Below, piece by piece: positions 17,628-26,752 of a DNA stretch of 58,542 nucleotides. The notes beneath the pieces were generated by a model, which was given only the letters and a program-made list of their open reading frames with translations, was not told the origin of the DNA and did no database searches. A program made the position numbers and the translations under genes. Within the stretch, counting starts at the first letter, position 1, and each line of letters opens with the position of its first letter. Location of the stretch: assembly GCA_002375205.1 (NCBI GenBank), contig DFLL01000017.1, positions 474 through 59,015 on the forward strand, given 5' to 3'. This DNA comes from Bacillales bacterium UBA3620 (GTDB lineage Bacteria > Bacillota_I > Bacilli_A > RF39 > UBA660).

Positions 17628-20567
17628 TTACTTATTATTTATATCTTCTAATTTAACTGATACAATCTTACTAACACCAGACTCCTGCATTGTAATACCA
17701 TATAAAATATTTGCATACTCCATTGTTTTCTTTTTATGAGTAATAATAATAAACTGGGTATCTTTATATTTTTCTAAGTATTTACCAAATGCTTCAACAT
17801 TAGCATCATCTAAAGCTGCCTCTACCTCATCAAATAAACAAAATGGTACTGGTCTAATATTTAATATAGCAAATAATAAACTAATTGCTGTAAAAGTTTT
17901 TTCTCCACCCGATAAAAGACTAATACTTTGAAGTTTTTTACCAGGAGGTTCTGCTTTTATTTCAATACCAGTCTCTAATATATTACTAGGGTCTGTTAGA
18001 ATTAGTTCTGCTCTTCCGCCTCTAAATAATTCTCGATATACTTTTTTAAATTCTTCTCTTACCTTTTCAAAAGTAGTAAGAAGTTTTTCCTTCATAATAC
18101 CATCCATCTCATTAATAATATCATATAAAGTATTCTCAGCATTAATTAAATCTTCCTTCTGATTAGTTAGAAAATCAAATCTTGCCTTAGCTTTGTCATA
18201 TTCTTCTGGTGCATCAAGATTAACATTACCAATATATTCAATTTCCTTCTTAAGTCTTACCACTTCATCTCTAGCGGTACTCATTTCCATATCTAAAGAA
18301 TAATTATCTTTAGCAAAATCATAAGTCATATTATAATTTTCATTAAGATTATTAAGTAAATTATCAAGAGATACATCCGCTCTATTAATTTTAATATTTA
18401 AATTACTTAATTCTTTTTCTTTCTTATTAATATAACTATTACTACTTCTAGAAATCTCTTCTAATTCATTAATATTATTATTAATATTATCTTCTTCTAC
18501 TTTAAGTATCGATATTTCTTTATTAATATTAGATATATCTTCTCTTACTTTAGATAATTTAGATAAAGATTCATCTTCTAGAGACTCGTTATTCGTAATA
18601 CTATCTAAATCTTTTAATTCATTTTCTTTTTCTATCTTATTCTTAATATTATTATTAATTGTTTCATCTATTGAATAAATCTTTGTCTCAATATTGGTCT
18701 TTTCATTTTGATTACTATATAATTCACTATTTTTAATATTAATATCTTTATCAATACTATTCATATCATTAAGTAAATTCTTATTCTTTTCTTCTAATAA
18801 TTTTTTCTTCTTTTGTATCTCTTCTAATTCATACTTTAATGATAAAACATTTTGTGATTTAGTAATAGATCCACCAGTAAGAGAGCCTCCAACATTTACT
18901 ACTTGTCCATCTAATGTTACTATCTTATATCTTTTGTTTATCTTATCACTAATAATATTTGCATTATCAATATTATCACAAATAATCACATTACCAAGTA
19001 CATTAGATATAATATTTGTATATATACTATCATAAGTAGTAAGAGAACTTGCTATGCCAATATAACCTTCCATATTATTTAAAATACTAAGTACATCATC
19101 AGTAATATATTTACCAGTAATTTTATCAATTGGATAAAAAGTAGCTCTACCTAAATTATTATTCTTTAAATAATAAATAAGTTCTTTAGCAGTACTAGAA
19201 GTATCTACGACTAAGTATGAAGATGCTCCCCCTAGAGCTATGTTAATCGCTGTATTATATCCACTTTCAGTATCAATAAGAGAGCCAATAACATTATGTA
19301 CTCCATTAAATTTAGGATTATCCAAAATACTTTTAATCTGTTTAGGAATTGTACTATTATTAGATATAGCATTATCTAAATATTCTTCCCTGTATTTAAA
19401 ACTATCTATCTCTCTATTATTTTTAATAATCTGATTATTAAGATTATTCTTCTTAGTACTAAGTTCATTTACTTTATCAGTAATACTCTTAATACTAGAA
19501 GTTATTACTTCTAATTTTTTATTATATACTTCTTTCTCATTATTTAAATTATTAATAACGGTATCAATATTAATAATATCTTCTTTTAAAGAAATAATAT
19601 TATTACTAATCTTACCAATTTCATCTTTATATTTATTTCTTTCTTCATATAACTTAATATCTGAAGTAATTTCTTGTTCTTTCTTAGATAATTCTAATAA
19701 TAATTCTTGTTTACTATTAATATCGTCTCTTACTTTCTTTACTTTATCTTTATATTTAAGTATATCGACATCATAAGAACTATTATTAGAAGACAGTTCT
19801 GCTAGTTCATCTTCAAGAGTTTTAGCTTTATTCTTATCTTCTTGGTAGATAAAATTTAAATCCGTAATCATTTTAACAAGTAAAGCAATTTCAATATTAG
19901 ATAATTTAGTTTTAATCTCTGCATACTTCTTAGCTTTATTAGAAGCTTCTTCAAGAGGAATAATATTATTATTAAGTTCATTAATAATATCACTTACTCT
20001 ATTTAAATTTTGATTAGTTTTTTCTAATTTTCTTAAAGCTTCTTCTTTTCTTCTTTTATATTTAAGTACCCCAGCAGCTTCTTCAAATATTACTCTTCTG
20101 TCTTCTGGTTTATTAGATAGTATTTCATCTATTTTACCTTGGCTTATAATATTAAAGCTTTCTTTAGCAGTACCAGAGTCTGCTAGTAACTCGGTAATAT
20201 CTTTTAATCTTACTCTTTCATTATTTATATAATATTCATTTTCACCACTACGATAAGCAACTCTCTTTATAGATACTTCACTAAAATCTATAGGAAGTGT
20301 TTTATCCTCATTATCAAATACCAAAGTAACAGAAGCCGAATTTAAAGCTTTTCTACTTTCACTACCAGAGAATATTACATCACTAGAGGAGTCTCCCCTC
20401 AAAGACTTCATCGATTGTTCTCCTAATACCCACCTAACAGCATCTACGATATTAGATTTACCGGATCCATTAGGTCCTACTACACCATTAATATTTTTAC
20501 CAAAACTAATTGTTACTTTATCTGCAAAAGATTTAAATCCATATGTTCTTATTTCTTTTAAGTACAT
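17628..20567 (-). CDS. smc: chromosome segregation ATPase SMC
   Basis: N-terminal Walker A GPNGSGKSN, a central hinge (GYNTAINIALGGASSY), and a C-terminal signature LSGGEKT plus Walker B LFDEVEAALD. Confidence 0.95.
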   Translation of the reverse strand: MYLKEIRTYGFKSFADKVTISFGKNINGVVGPNGSGKSNIVDAVRWVLGEQSMKSLRGDSSSDVIFSGSESRKALNSASVTLVFDNEDKTLPIDFSEVSIKRVAYRSGENEYYINNERVRLKDITELLADSGTAKESFNIISQGKIDEILSNKPEDRRVIFEEAAGVLKYKRRKEEALRKLEKTNQNLNRVSDIINELNNNIIPLEEASNKAKKYAEIKTKLSNIEIALLVKMITDLNFIYQEDKNKAKTLEDELAELSSNNSSYDVDILKYKDKVKKVRDDINSKQELLLELSKKEQEITSDIKLYEERNKYKDEIGKISNNIISLKEDIINIDTVINNLNNEKEVYNKKLEVITSSIKSITDKVNELSTKKNNLNNQIIKNNREIDSFKYREEYLDNAISNNSTIPKQIKSILDNPKFNGVHNVIGSLIDTESGYNTAINIALGGASSYLVVDTSSTAKELIYYLKNNNLGRATFYPIDKITGKYITDDVLSILNNMEGYIGIASSLTTYDSIYTNIISNVLGNVIICDNIDNANIISDKINKRYKIVTLDGQVVNVGGSLTGGSITKSQNVLSLKYELEEIQKKKKLLEEKNKNLLNDMNSIDKDINIKNSELYSNQNEKTNIETKIYSIDETINNNIKNKIEKENELKDLDSITNNESLEDESLSKLSKVREDISNINKEISILKVEEDNINNNINELEEISRSSNSYINKKEKELSNLNIKINRADVSLDNLLNNLNENYNMTYDFAKDNYSLDMEMSTARDEVVRLKKEIEYIGNVNLDAPEEYDKAKARFDFLTNQKEDLINAENTLYDIINEMDGIMKEKLLTTFEKVREEFKKVYRELFRGGRAELILTDPSNILETGIEIKAEPPGKKLQSISLLSGGEKTFTAISLLFAILNIRPVPFCLFDEVEAALDDANVEAFGKYLEKYKDTQFIIITHKKKTMEYANILYGITMQESGVSKIVSVKLEDINNK

Positions 20568-20780
20568 TTTTTCACATCCTACTACCTAATTTTACTATAT
20601 TTTTTAAGGAATATCAAGGTATTAAACATCATAAAAACTAGTAAATTATCTTTTAAATAAATCAATAGCTAACAATATATTCATGAAACAATAAATACTC
20701 CAATCTAATTAATAATATTTATTTCAAATAATATTCACAAATACTTTTTTCTAACATTATTCTATTTGATTCCCTCATAT

Positions 20781-20813
20781 AAACCCTTAAAAGAGAAGCA
20801 AATTTTGCTTCTC
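20781..20813 (-). terminator. rho-independent terminator ending the mraZ-pbp transcription unit
   Basis: Stem gagaagc(aaa)/(ttt)gcttctc at plus 20793-20813. On the minus strand it is followed by TTTTAAGGGTTT. Confidence 0.5.
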
Positions 20814-20851
20814 CATAATATATACTTAATAATTTAGAATAATTCAATAAC

Positions 20852-20953
20852 ATTACTTAATAATAGCATTGCCCAAATATACTCCTAGTACAGCACATAT
20901 TAGCATTATTAATATTGTATATATCAACTTTGATCTTTCATTTGTTTCTTCAT
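20852..20953 (-). CDS. possible 33-aa hydrophobic micropeptide (MKKQNERSKLIYTILIMLICAVLGVYLGNAIIK)
   Basis: ATG at 20953 lies 9 nt after GAGGTGG. It has a single predicted TM segment and a TAA stop at 20852-20854. It is too short for the ORF track. Confidence 0.3.
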
Positions 20954-20967
20954 TCATGATTACCACC

Positions 20968-23136
20968 TCAATACTTTGATTTAAATTTTACTTCTAATGA
21001 AGTATCAACAATACTACCAGGTTCAATATTCTGTTCGTAAACATAGCCATTACCAAAAGTAGTATATTCTATATCCATTAATTTTAGTATATTGTTAGCT
21101 TCTTTATAAGATAAACCAATTAAGTTAGGCATAATATTATCAAGCCGATTAGTTTTAAGAATTACTAAATCATCTTCATAAATAGTAGTACTACTTTTAG
21201 GATATTGATCTATTATCCTATCACCATCACCAAGTACCATAACTCTAATATTTTTAGATTCTAATAAATTCTTTATATCAATAACATTTTTATTATAATA
21301 TGCTTCTATTAATACTTCTTCTTTATCCTTAACTTTTTCCGTAATATTTAAATATTTAGTAATATTTTGTTCCACTTCTCTTATCATCGGAGCTATATAA
21401 TTATATCCATCTTTTGGTCTTCTGACAGCGGCATATAAAATAATTTCAGGGTCATTTCCGGGAAACATTCCCGAAAATGAATAAATATAATCAGAATTAC
21501 CCATCATATATTTTCCCTTTTTATAATCAAATATTTGGGCAGTACCAGTCTTACCAATCAAATCATAACCATCCATATAATACGCATAACCAGTAGCAAT
21601 ACTGCTATCTCCATTAATAACACTTCTCATTAATTCTTTAATTTTATTAATAGTATCTGAACTTGCAACAGTTCCCAAAGAAGTTTTTTTACCAGTAAAT
21701 ATTTCTTCTTTAGTATCACTATCTACTATTTTATCTATAACATATGGTTTTAACATTTCACCATTATTAGCAATCGAAGTAAGAGCCTTAATATGTTGTA
21801 TAGGAGTAGTATTAATACCTTGTCCATATCCAGCAGTAGCAGTTTCTACTTGATATTTAAAATCAATATCACCCTTTTCTTCTCTTTCTAGGGTAAATCC
21901 TGTACTGCTACCAAAACCATATTTTTCGTAGCAGGCTTTTAATTCATTTCTGTTAATGGTAGTTTCAACTAAATTAGCTACCGCTATATTAGAAGACAAA
22001 GCAAAACCTTTATCATAACTAATCCTTCCCCATCCTTTTTTATTCCAATCGCTAATAGTAACAGTACTATCATCAATCTCTGAAGTATAAGTTTTACTAC
22101 CAGATTCATAAGTATCATCACCACGATATCTACCAGAATCAATAGCACACATATAACTAAATATCTTCATTGTCGAACCCGGTTCATAAGAATACCCCAC
22201 TAAAGGGTCAATATATGAAGTCATATTCCTAATATTTGGATCAAAAGAAGGAGTACTAGAGTATCCAAGTATAGCACCAGTCTTAGCGTCAGCTACTATT
22301 AAGAGTACCCACTCTGCATCAGATTCTTCTTGAGCCTTTTTAACAGCATTCTCCGCAAATAATTCAATATTAGAATCAATAGTTAAATATATATCACTGC
22401 CATTTTTCGCAGGTTCTACATATTCTCGACCATTAGCAATCTTATAACCATACTTGTCTTTTTCATATGTAACATAACCTAGTTTACCTGATAACATATC
22501 ATCATAATACTCTTCTATACCAAGTTCCCCAATTATTCTATTAATACCATCTATATCCTTATTAATAGTATAACCAAGTATATATGAAGCAAAATCTCCG
22601 TTAGGATAATATCTCTTAATATCCTTAATAAAATCTATCCCTTGGATATTAAGGCTTTCTATTTCTTCTTTCGTTATTTCCGTAATGCCCTTACCAATAT
22701 TACCAAATTCAACTTGATATTTATTATTATCTTTACCATTTTGTAATATTTTCTTAATCTCGTCGGCATCTGCATTTAACATTTTTGCCAATTTAATACT
22801 TGTACCATCAATATCCTCAACATAATTTTTATTACCTTTAGCATCAACTCTTTTTTCCGATAGATAAGCAAGAAGTGTATAGCTAGATACATCAACTGCT
22901 AAAGTCTCCCCATCTTTATCATAAATAGTACCCCTCGTAGGTATCAAAACCTCTTCCTCAGTATTCCTATTTTTAATAAATAAACTTATTTTTGAATCTC
23001 CTACTTTATAATCTACTAAGCAAAGATAACAAAGTCTTACCATTAAAACAACAAATAAAAAAAAGGTAACAAAAATAACAATATTACTCACATGAAATCT
23101 ATCATTATTTTTATTAACCTTCTTCATATTAATCAC
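20968..23136 (-). CDS. class B penicillin-binding protein (PBP2B/SpoVD/FtsI type) with two C-terminal PASTA domains
   Basis: SxxK (STMK), SSN and KTGT motifs, an N-terminal TM anchor, and a position right after ftsL. Confidence 0.9.
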   Translation of the reverse strand: MINMKKVNKNNDRFHVSNIVIFVTFFLFVVLMVRLCYLCLVDYKVGDSKISLFIKNRNTEEEVLIPTRGTIYDKDGETLAVDVSSYTLLAYLSEKRVDAKGNKNYVEDIDGTSIKLAKMLNADADEIKKILQNGKDNNKYQVEFGNIGKGITEITKEEIESLNIQGIDFIKDIKRYYPNGDFASYILGYTINKDIDGINRIIGELGIEEYYDDMLSGKLGYVTYEKDKYGYKIANGREYVEPAKNGSDIYLTIDSNIELFAENAVKKAQEESDAEWVLLIVADAKTGAILGYSSTPSFDPNIRNMTSYIDPLVGYSYEPGSTMKIFSYMCAIDSGRYRGDDTYESGSKTYTSEIDDSTVTISDWNKKGWGRISYDKGFALSSNIAVANLVETTINRNELKACYEKYGFGSSTGFTLEREEKGDIDFKYQVETATAGYGQGINTTPIQHIKALTSIANNGEMLKPYVIDKIVDSDTKEEIFTGKKTSLGTVASSDTINKIKELMRSVINGDSSIATGYAYYMDGYDLIGKTGTAQIFDYKKGKYMMGNSDYIYSFSGMFPGNDPEIILYAAVRRPKDGYNYIAPMIREVEQNITKYLNITEKVKDKEEVLIEAYYNKNVIDIKNLLESKNIRVMVLGDGDRIIDQYPKSSTTIYEDDLVILKTNRLDNIMPNLIGLSYKEANNILKLMDIEYTTFGNGYVYEQNIEPGSIVDTSLEVKFKSKY

Positions 23137-23137
23137 C

Positions 23138-23425
23138 TTATTCTACTGTCAATATATTTTCATTATTATATGATAAGCCCAAATTTCTACTTACAATCTG
23201 AATATTCTCTAAAGAAGCCATTTCATTTATTTTCATTGCTAAACTCTCATTAGTATTTTCTTGCACTTCAACCTTTTCATTCATCCTTTGAAGTTCAATA
23301 TTCATCTTAGACACTGTTGCACTAGTAAAGACAATTCCCACTAGTAAAAGTATCATCATAAAAATACTACTCTTACATATAAATCTTTCTAATTTCGTAA
23401 GTCCCTTCTTTTTCTTTTTTTTCAT
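23138..23425 (-). CDS. ftsL: cell division protein FtsL-like
   Basis: 95 aa. It has a basic N-terminus, one TM segment and a coiled coil. It sits in the canonical slot between rsmH and pbp. Confidence 0.7.
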   Translation of the reverse strand: MKKKKKKGLTKLERFICKSSIFMMILLLVGIVFTSATVSKMNIELQRMNEKVEVQENTNESLAMKINEMASLENIQIVSRNLGLSYNNENILTVE

Positions 23426-23429
23426 ATTA

Positions 23430-24350
23430 TCATTCCTTTATTCTTTCAATAACTCTAAGTCTCGAAGACCTAGCTCTATTATTCTCTTCTAGTTCTTCTC
23501 TACTAGGAGTAATATTAGCTATAAGTTTATATTTAGGTTCTAATCCTTCTGGTATAAATGGTAATTTAGATAAATTACCATCTACCTTTGAGTACTTATT
23601 AAATATATCTTTAACTATTCTATCTTCTAACGAATGGAAAGTAATAACTGATATTCTTCCACCTACTTTAAGCATTGAAATAGCATCTTCTAATGCTATC
23701 TTAAGAACCTCAAGTTCATTATTAACTTCAATTCTAATAGCTTGAAAAGACTTTCTTGCTGGATGAGAATCCTTCATTGCCTTAAATGGCATACTCTTCT
23801 TTATTACTTCTACTAATTCTAAAGTAGTTCTAATAGGTTTAATACTTCTTTCTTTAATAATATTTTTAGCAATACTAGTAGCATATTTTTCTTCGCCATA
23901 ATCTCTAAGTACTCTAACAAGTTCCTCATAAGAATACTCATTAACAACATTATAAGCCGAAAAATCTTTACTAGTATCCATTCTCATATCAAGAGGAGCA
24001 TCATTATGATAACTAAATCCTCTTTCTGCAATATCAAGTTGCGGAGAACTAACACCTAAGTCAAAGACAATACCATCTATCTCACTAATATTTCTTTTAT
24101 TTAATTCTTCTTTTAAATTAGCAAAATTAGACTTAATTATTTCATAATTATCACTAATCTCGCTTAGTTTCTTTTCACTATAATCAATTGCCATATCATC
24201 TTGATCAAAGGCGAAAAGAAAGCCCCTTTTTATTCTTTTCAAAATTAAACCACTATGTCCCCCAAAGCCAAGTGTAGCATCAACATATATACCATCTATT
24301 TTAATATTTAGATTATCAATTGCTTCATTTAAAAGTACTGTCTTATGCAT
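23430..24350 (-). CDS. rsmH: 16S rRNA (cytosine1402-N4)-methyltransferase RsmH
   Basis: HKTVLLNEAI..L......YVDATLGFGGHS, FDLGVSSPQLD and SFHSLEDR-like (TFHSLEDR) motifs. Start set to ATG 24350 (GAAGGA 10 nt upstream), overlapping the mraZ stop by 8 nt. The track start is a TTG at 24368. Confidence 0.93.
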   Translation of the reverse strand: MHKTVLLNEAIDNLNIKIDGIYVDATLGFGGHSGLILKRIKRGFLFAFDQDDMAIDYSEKKLSEISDNYEIIKSNFANLKEELNKRNISEIDGIVFDLGVSSPQLDIAERGFSYHNDAPLDMRMDTSKDFSAYNVVNEYSYEELVRVLRDYGEEKYATSIAKNIIKERSIKPIRTTLELVEVIKKSMPFKAMKDSHPARKSFQAIRIEVNNELEVLKIALEDAISMLKVGGRISVITFHSLEDRIVKDIFNKYSKVDGNLSKLPFIPEGLEPKYKLIANITPSREELEENNRARSSRLRVIERIKE

Positions 24351-24783
24351 CAATATCAAATCCTTCAAACAAGTTTTCTGCTACCCCTTCAATAGCAGAA
24401 GTATTTTCTTCGATTAGTGCATCAAATTTATCACTTGCCCACACTTCTAGGCGATCATTAACCCCAATAATCGTACATTCTTTTTGAATATTAGCATAGT
24501 TAATAAGATTTGATGGTATATTAATTCTACCTTGCTTATCAAATTCACATACAGTAGCGCTAGATAAAAAGAATCTATTAAAAGTTCGTGCATCTTTTTT
24601 AGTAAATGGAAGTGTTTGTAATTTAGTGACAATCTTTTCCCATTGACCCTTAGAATAAATAAATAAGCATCCATCTAGTCCACGAGTAACAATAAACTCT
24701 TTACCAATTTCATCTCTAAACTTAGAAGGTATAATTAATCTTCCCTTTTCATCAATATTATGATGATATTCTCCAATTAACAT
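24343..24783 (-). CDS. mraZ: transcriptional regulator MraZ
   Basis: MLIGEYHHNIDEKGRLIIPSKFR with a duplicated SpoVT/AbrB-like module. Start set to ATG 24783. The track uses GTG 24795. Confidence 0.93.
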   Translation of the reverse strand: MLIGEYHHNIDEKGRLIIPSKFRDEIGKEFIVTRGLDGCLFIYSKGQWEKIVTKLQTLPFTKKDARTFNRFFLSSATVCEFDKQGRINIPSNLINYANIQKECTIIGVNDRLEVWASDKFDALIEENTSAIEGVAENLFEGFDIDA

Positions 24784-24789
24784 ATTATC

Positions 24790-24815
24790 CCCCACTTTCT
24801 CCCATTTAGTGCCAC
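24790..24815 (-). promoter_or_regulatory. three direct (A/G)(G/T)TGG(G/C) boxes at exact 10-nt spacing, candidate MraZ operator
   Basis: The minus strand reads aGAGTGGCac tAAATGGGAg aAAGTGGGGg, lying between a TATAAT (plus 24822-24827) and the mraZ start. TGG recurs at 10-nt intervals (plus cca at 24792, 24802 and 24812). Confidence 0.5.
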
Positions 24816-24888
24816 TCTATGATTATATTCTACTATAAAAGTTTTACTTTGTAAATATCTTTTCTCTAATTTGACAAATTAAGTGTAA

Positions 24889-24920
24889 AGAAAAAAGAAG
24901 ATTTATTTATTCATCTTCTT
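24889..24920 (-). terminator. rho-independent terminator downstream of the Cys-rich gene and its extension
   Basis: Stem aagaagat/atcttctt (plus 24895-24902 and 24913-24920). On the minus strand it is followed by a T6 run. Confidence 0.55.
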
Positions 24921-25145
24921 CATATCTTATATAATATACTAATTTCTAGTTCTAAGCCTACGCTTTATTTCTTCTCTTTGTTCATTATTTAATACACCAT
25001 CTAAAGCATTTTCAATTTCTTTTAAATCAAAGTTTCGTTTTTTGAGAGTGCTAGAATCTTCTTGATCTTTTTCCCAATAAAAACTACGCTCTGGTTTAAT
25101 TGGTACTCTTCTAGGAGCATGTGAATCAACTCTATCAAGTACGTC

Positions 25146-25316
25146 CTACAAATCCGGGCGATAACATGATTCCTCAAGACTTGGATTTTTCTTCATAGAA
25201 CAGGCTACAACACCAGGCATATCATCAAAATTACAAAAATATGAAAAACCCAATGGGCAATTATCTCCTGTGTCCAGTGGCATACTAATTTGTTGTTCAT
25301 CTAGATTTTTATACAT
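25146..25316 (-). CDS. small Cys-rich protein (56 aa to the first stop), with an in-frame TAG followed by an open extension
   Basis: ATG 25316 lies 6 nt after GAGAGGAGGAAA. The peptide MYKNLDEQQISMPLDTGDNCPLGFSYFCNFDDMPGVVACSMKKNPSLEESCYRPDL has 4 Cys. See the finding on the TAG at 25146-25148. Confidence 0.5.
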   Translation of the reverse strand: MYKNLDEQQISMPLDTGDNCPLGFSYFCNFDDMPGVVACSMKKNPSLEESCYRPDL

Positions 25317-25442
25317 TATATATTTCCTCCTCTCATCATTTAGTTTATTATACCATTTATTATAATAATGCACAAGGTTATAATTATATTTTCCAGAATA
25401 AACTCATGAGTTTTTGAACTTATGTGTTATCATTTATTATAC

Positions 25443-26681
25443 TTATTCTTCTTTCCTCTTTATTTTTTTCTTACTTTTCTTAATAATATTATCAAATAAC
25501 ACAGTAATAAAATGATATTTACCATAATTAGGATGATGTTTAATAGCAGCTATTACTCTTTCATCTTCAGTTAATTCATAATATGTTTCAATTAGTATAG
25601 ATTTAATAGTGTTATCATAGTCAGTGCCAAAATTATTTGCCATCTCATTATCAGTATACATAAATATTTCATCTATCAAATAAAATATTTCTTTTTCAAT
25701 AAAAGAATAATCTTCATTATAATTAATATAATTTTTTCTATTATTCATAAATAAATAACCATTAAAATTATTATCATCTTGATATAACATATCTAGTGCA
25801 TACATAAGTCTATATTTAACATATATTAAATCATCATCTGTACAATCATATTCTTTTTTATTAGTTCTATTATTAATAACATCTATCACTTTATTATAAA
25901 ATAATTCTTTAGTCTTTCCCTCATCAGTATTATATTTGCTTTCTTTATAAAAAGATTCCGATAAAACAAATTCTTTATCATCATCAACAAAAAATAATGT
26001 TCTAAGAAAAGGATCTTCTTTCATAACTAATTTTAATTCTTCATTTTCTATCTTCAATGCAAGAGTATCAGTACCAAGTAAGTCTTTTCTTTCTATTGAA
26101 TATCTATATAAATTATTATAATCCTGTAAAGATAAATTATTTTTCATTTGACTAAATAAAAACTTTCTCTTAATAATATTCTTCTTTAAATTATTTAAAA
26201 CACTATTTGTTAATTTATCTTTATATCTTTCAATTTCAGCTAAATTAGCATAATCCTTAATAATATTCTTTTCTAATTCTGCAGCCTTTTCATATAATTT
26301 TATTTCAACTTCAATACCTATCATTTTATATACTCGTACATTAAAATCATAGAACTTATCGATAACTTTTATTAAATTTTCATCGTGTTCACAAGATGCA
26401 TTTTCCAGTAGACTATCAATAGTTCCTATCTTAGCATATGATGACAAAGTAATCACACCATCTTCATTAAACAAAAATTCAGCATATTTATCAAAAATAA
26501 TCTCTAACTCATAATCCAAATCAAAATTCTCAATTAAAGAATCCTTTACCTCTTCAGATAGTGGTGCTTCCTCTAGAAATTCACCAATTGCTTTAGCTAA
26601 TTGTACTTTTGTTATAACTGTTTCCTTATTATGTTCCTTTAATAATTTCATTATTGTAAATAAAGTATAATTTACTGGCAT
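25443..26681 (-). CDS. hypothetical protein (412 aa)
   Basis: Long open frame. No motif recognised. Confidence 0.55.
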   Translation of the reverse strand: MPVNYTLFTIMKLLKEHNKETVITKVQLAKAIGEFLEEAPLSEEVKDSLIENFDLDYELEIIFDKYAEFLFNEDGVITLSSYAKIGTIDSLLENASCEHDENLIKVIDKFYDFNVRVYKMIGIEVEIKLYEKAAELEKNIIKDYANLAEIERYKDKLTNSVLNNLKKNIIKRKFLFSQMKNNLSLQDYNNLYRYSIERKDLLGTDTLALKIENEELKLVMKEDPFLRTLFFVDDDKEFVLSESFYKESKYNTDEGKTKELFYNKVIDVINNRTNKKEYDCTDDDLIYVKYRLMYALDMLYQDDNNFNGYLFMNNRKNYINYNEDYSFIEKEIFYLIDEIFMYTDNEMANNFGTDYDNTIKSILIETYYELTEDERVIAAIKHHPNYGKYHFITVLFDNIIKKSKKKIKRKEE

Positions 26682-26752
26682 AATCCGTCTCCTCTAATGA
26701 TATATATAATATCACAATTAAAATTCAATATCAAGAAAAAAAACATATATTT

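Noticed and set aside
25146-25148. In-frame TAG as a pyrrolysine codon
   Set aside because: No pylTSBCD genes or methylamine methyltransferase context appear in the window. TAG is also used as an ordinary stop (for example yqeY at 28969). A nonsense mutation or read-through is more parsimonious.
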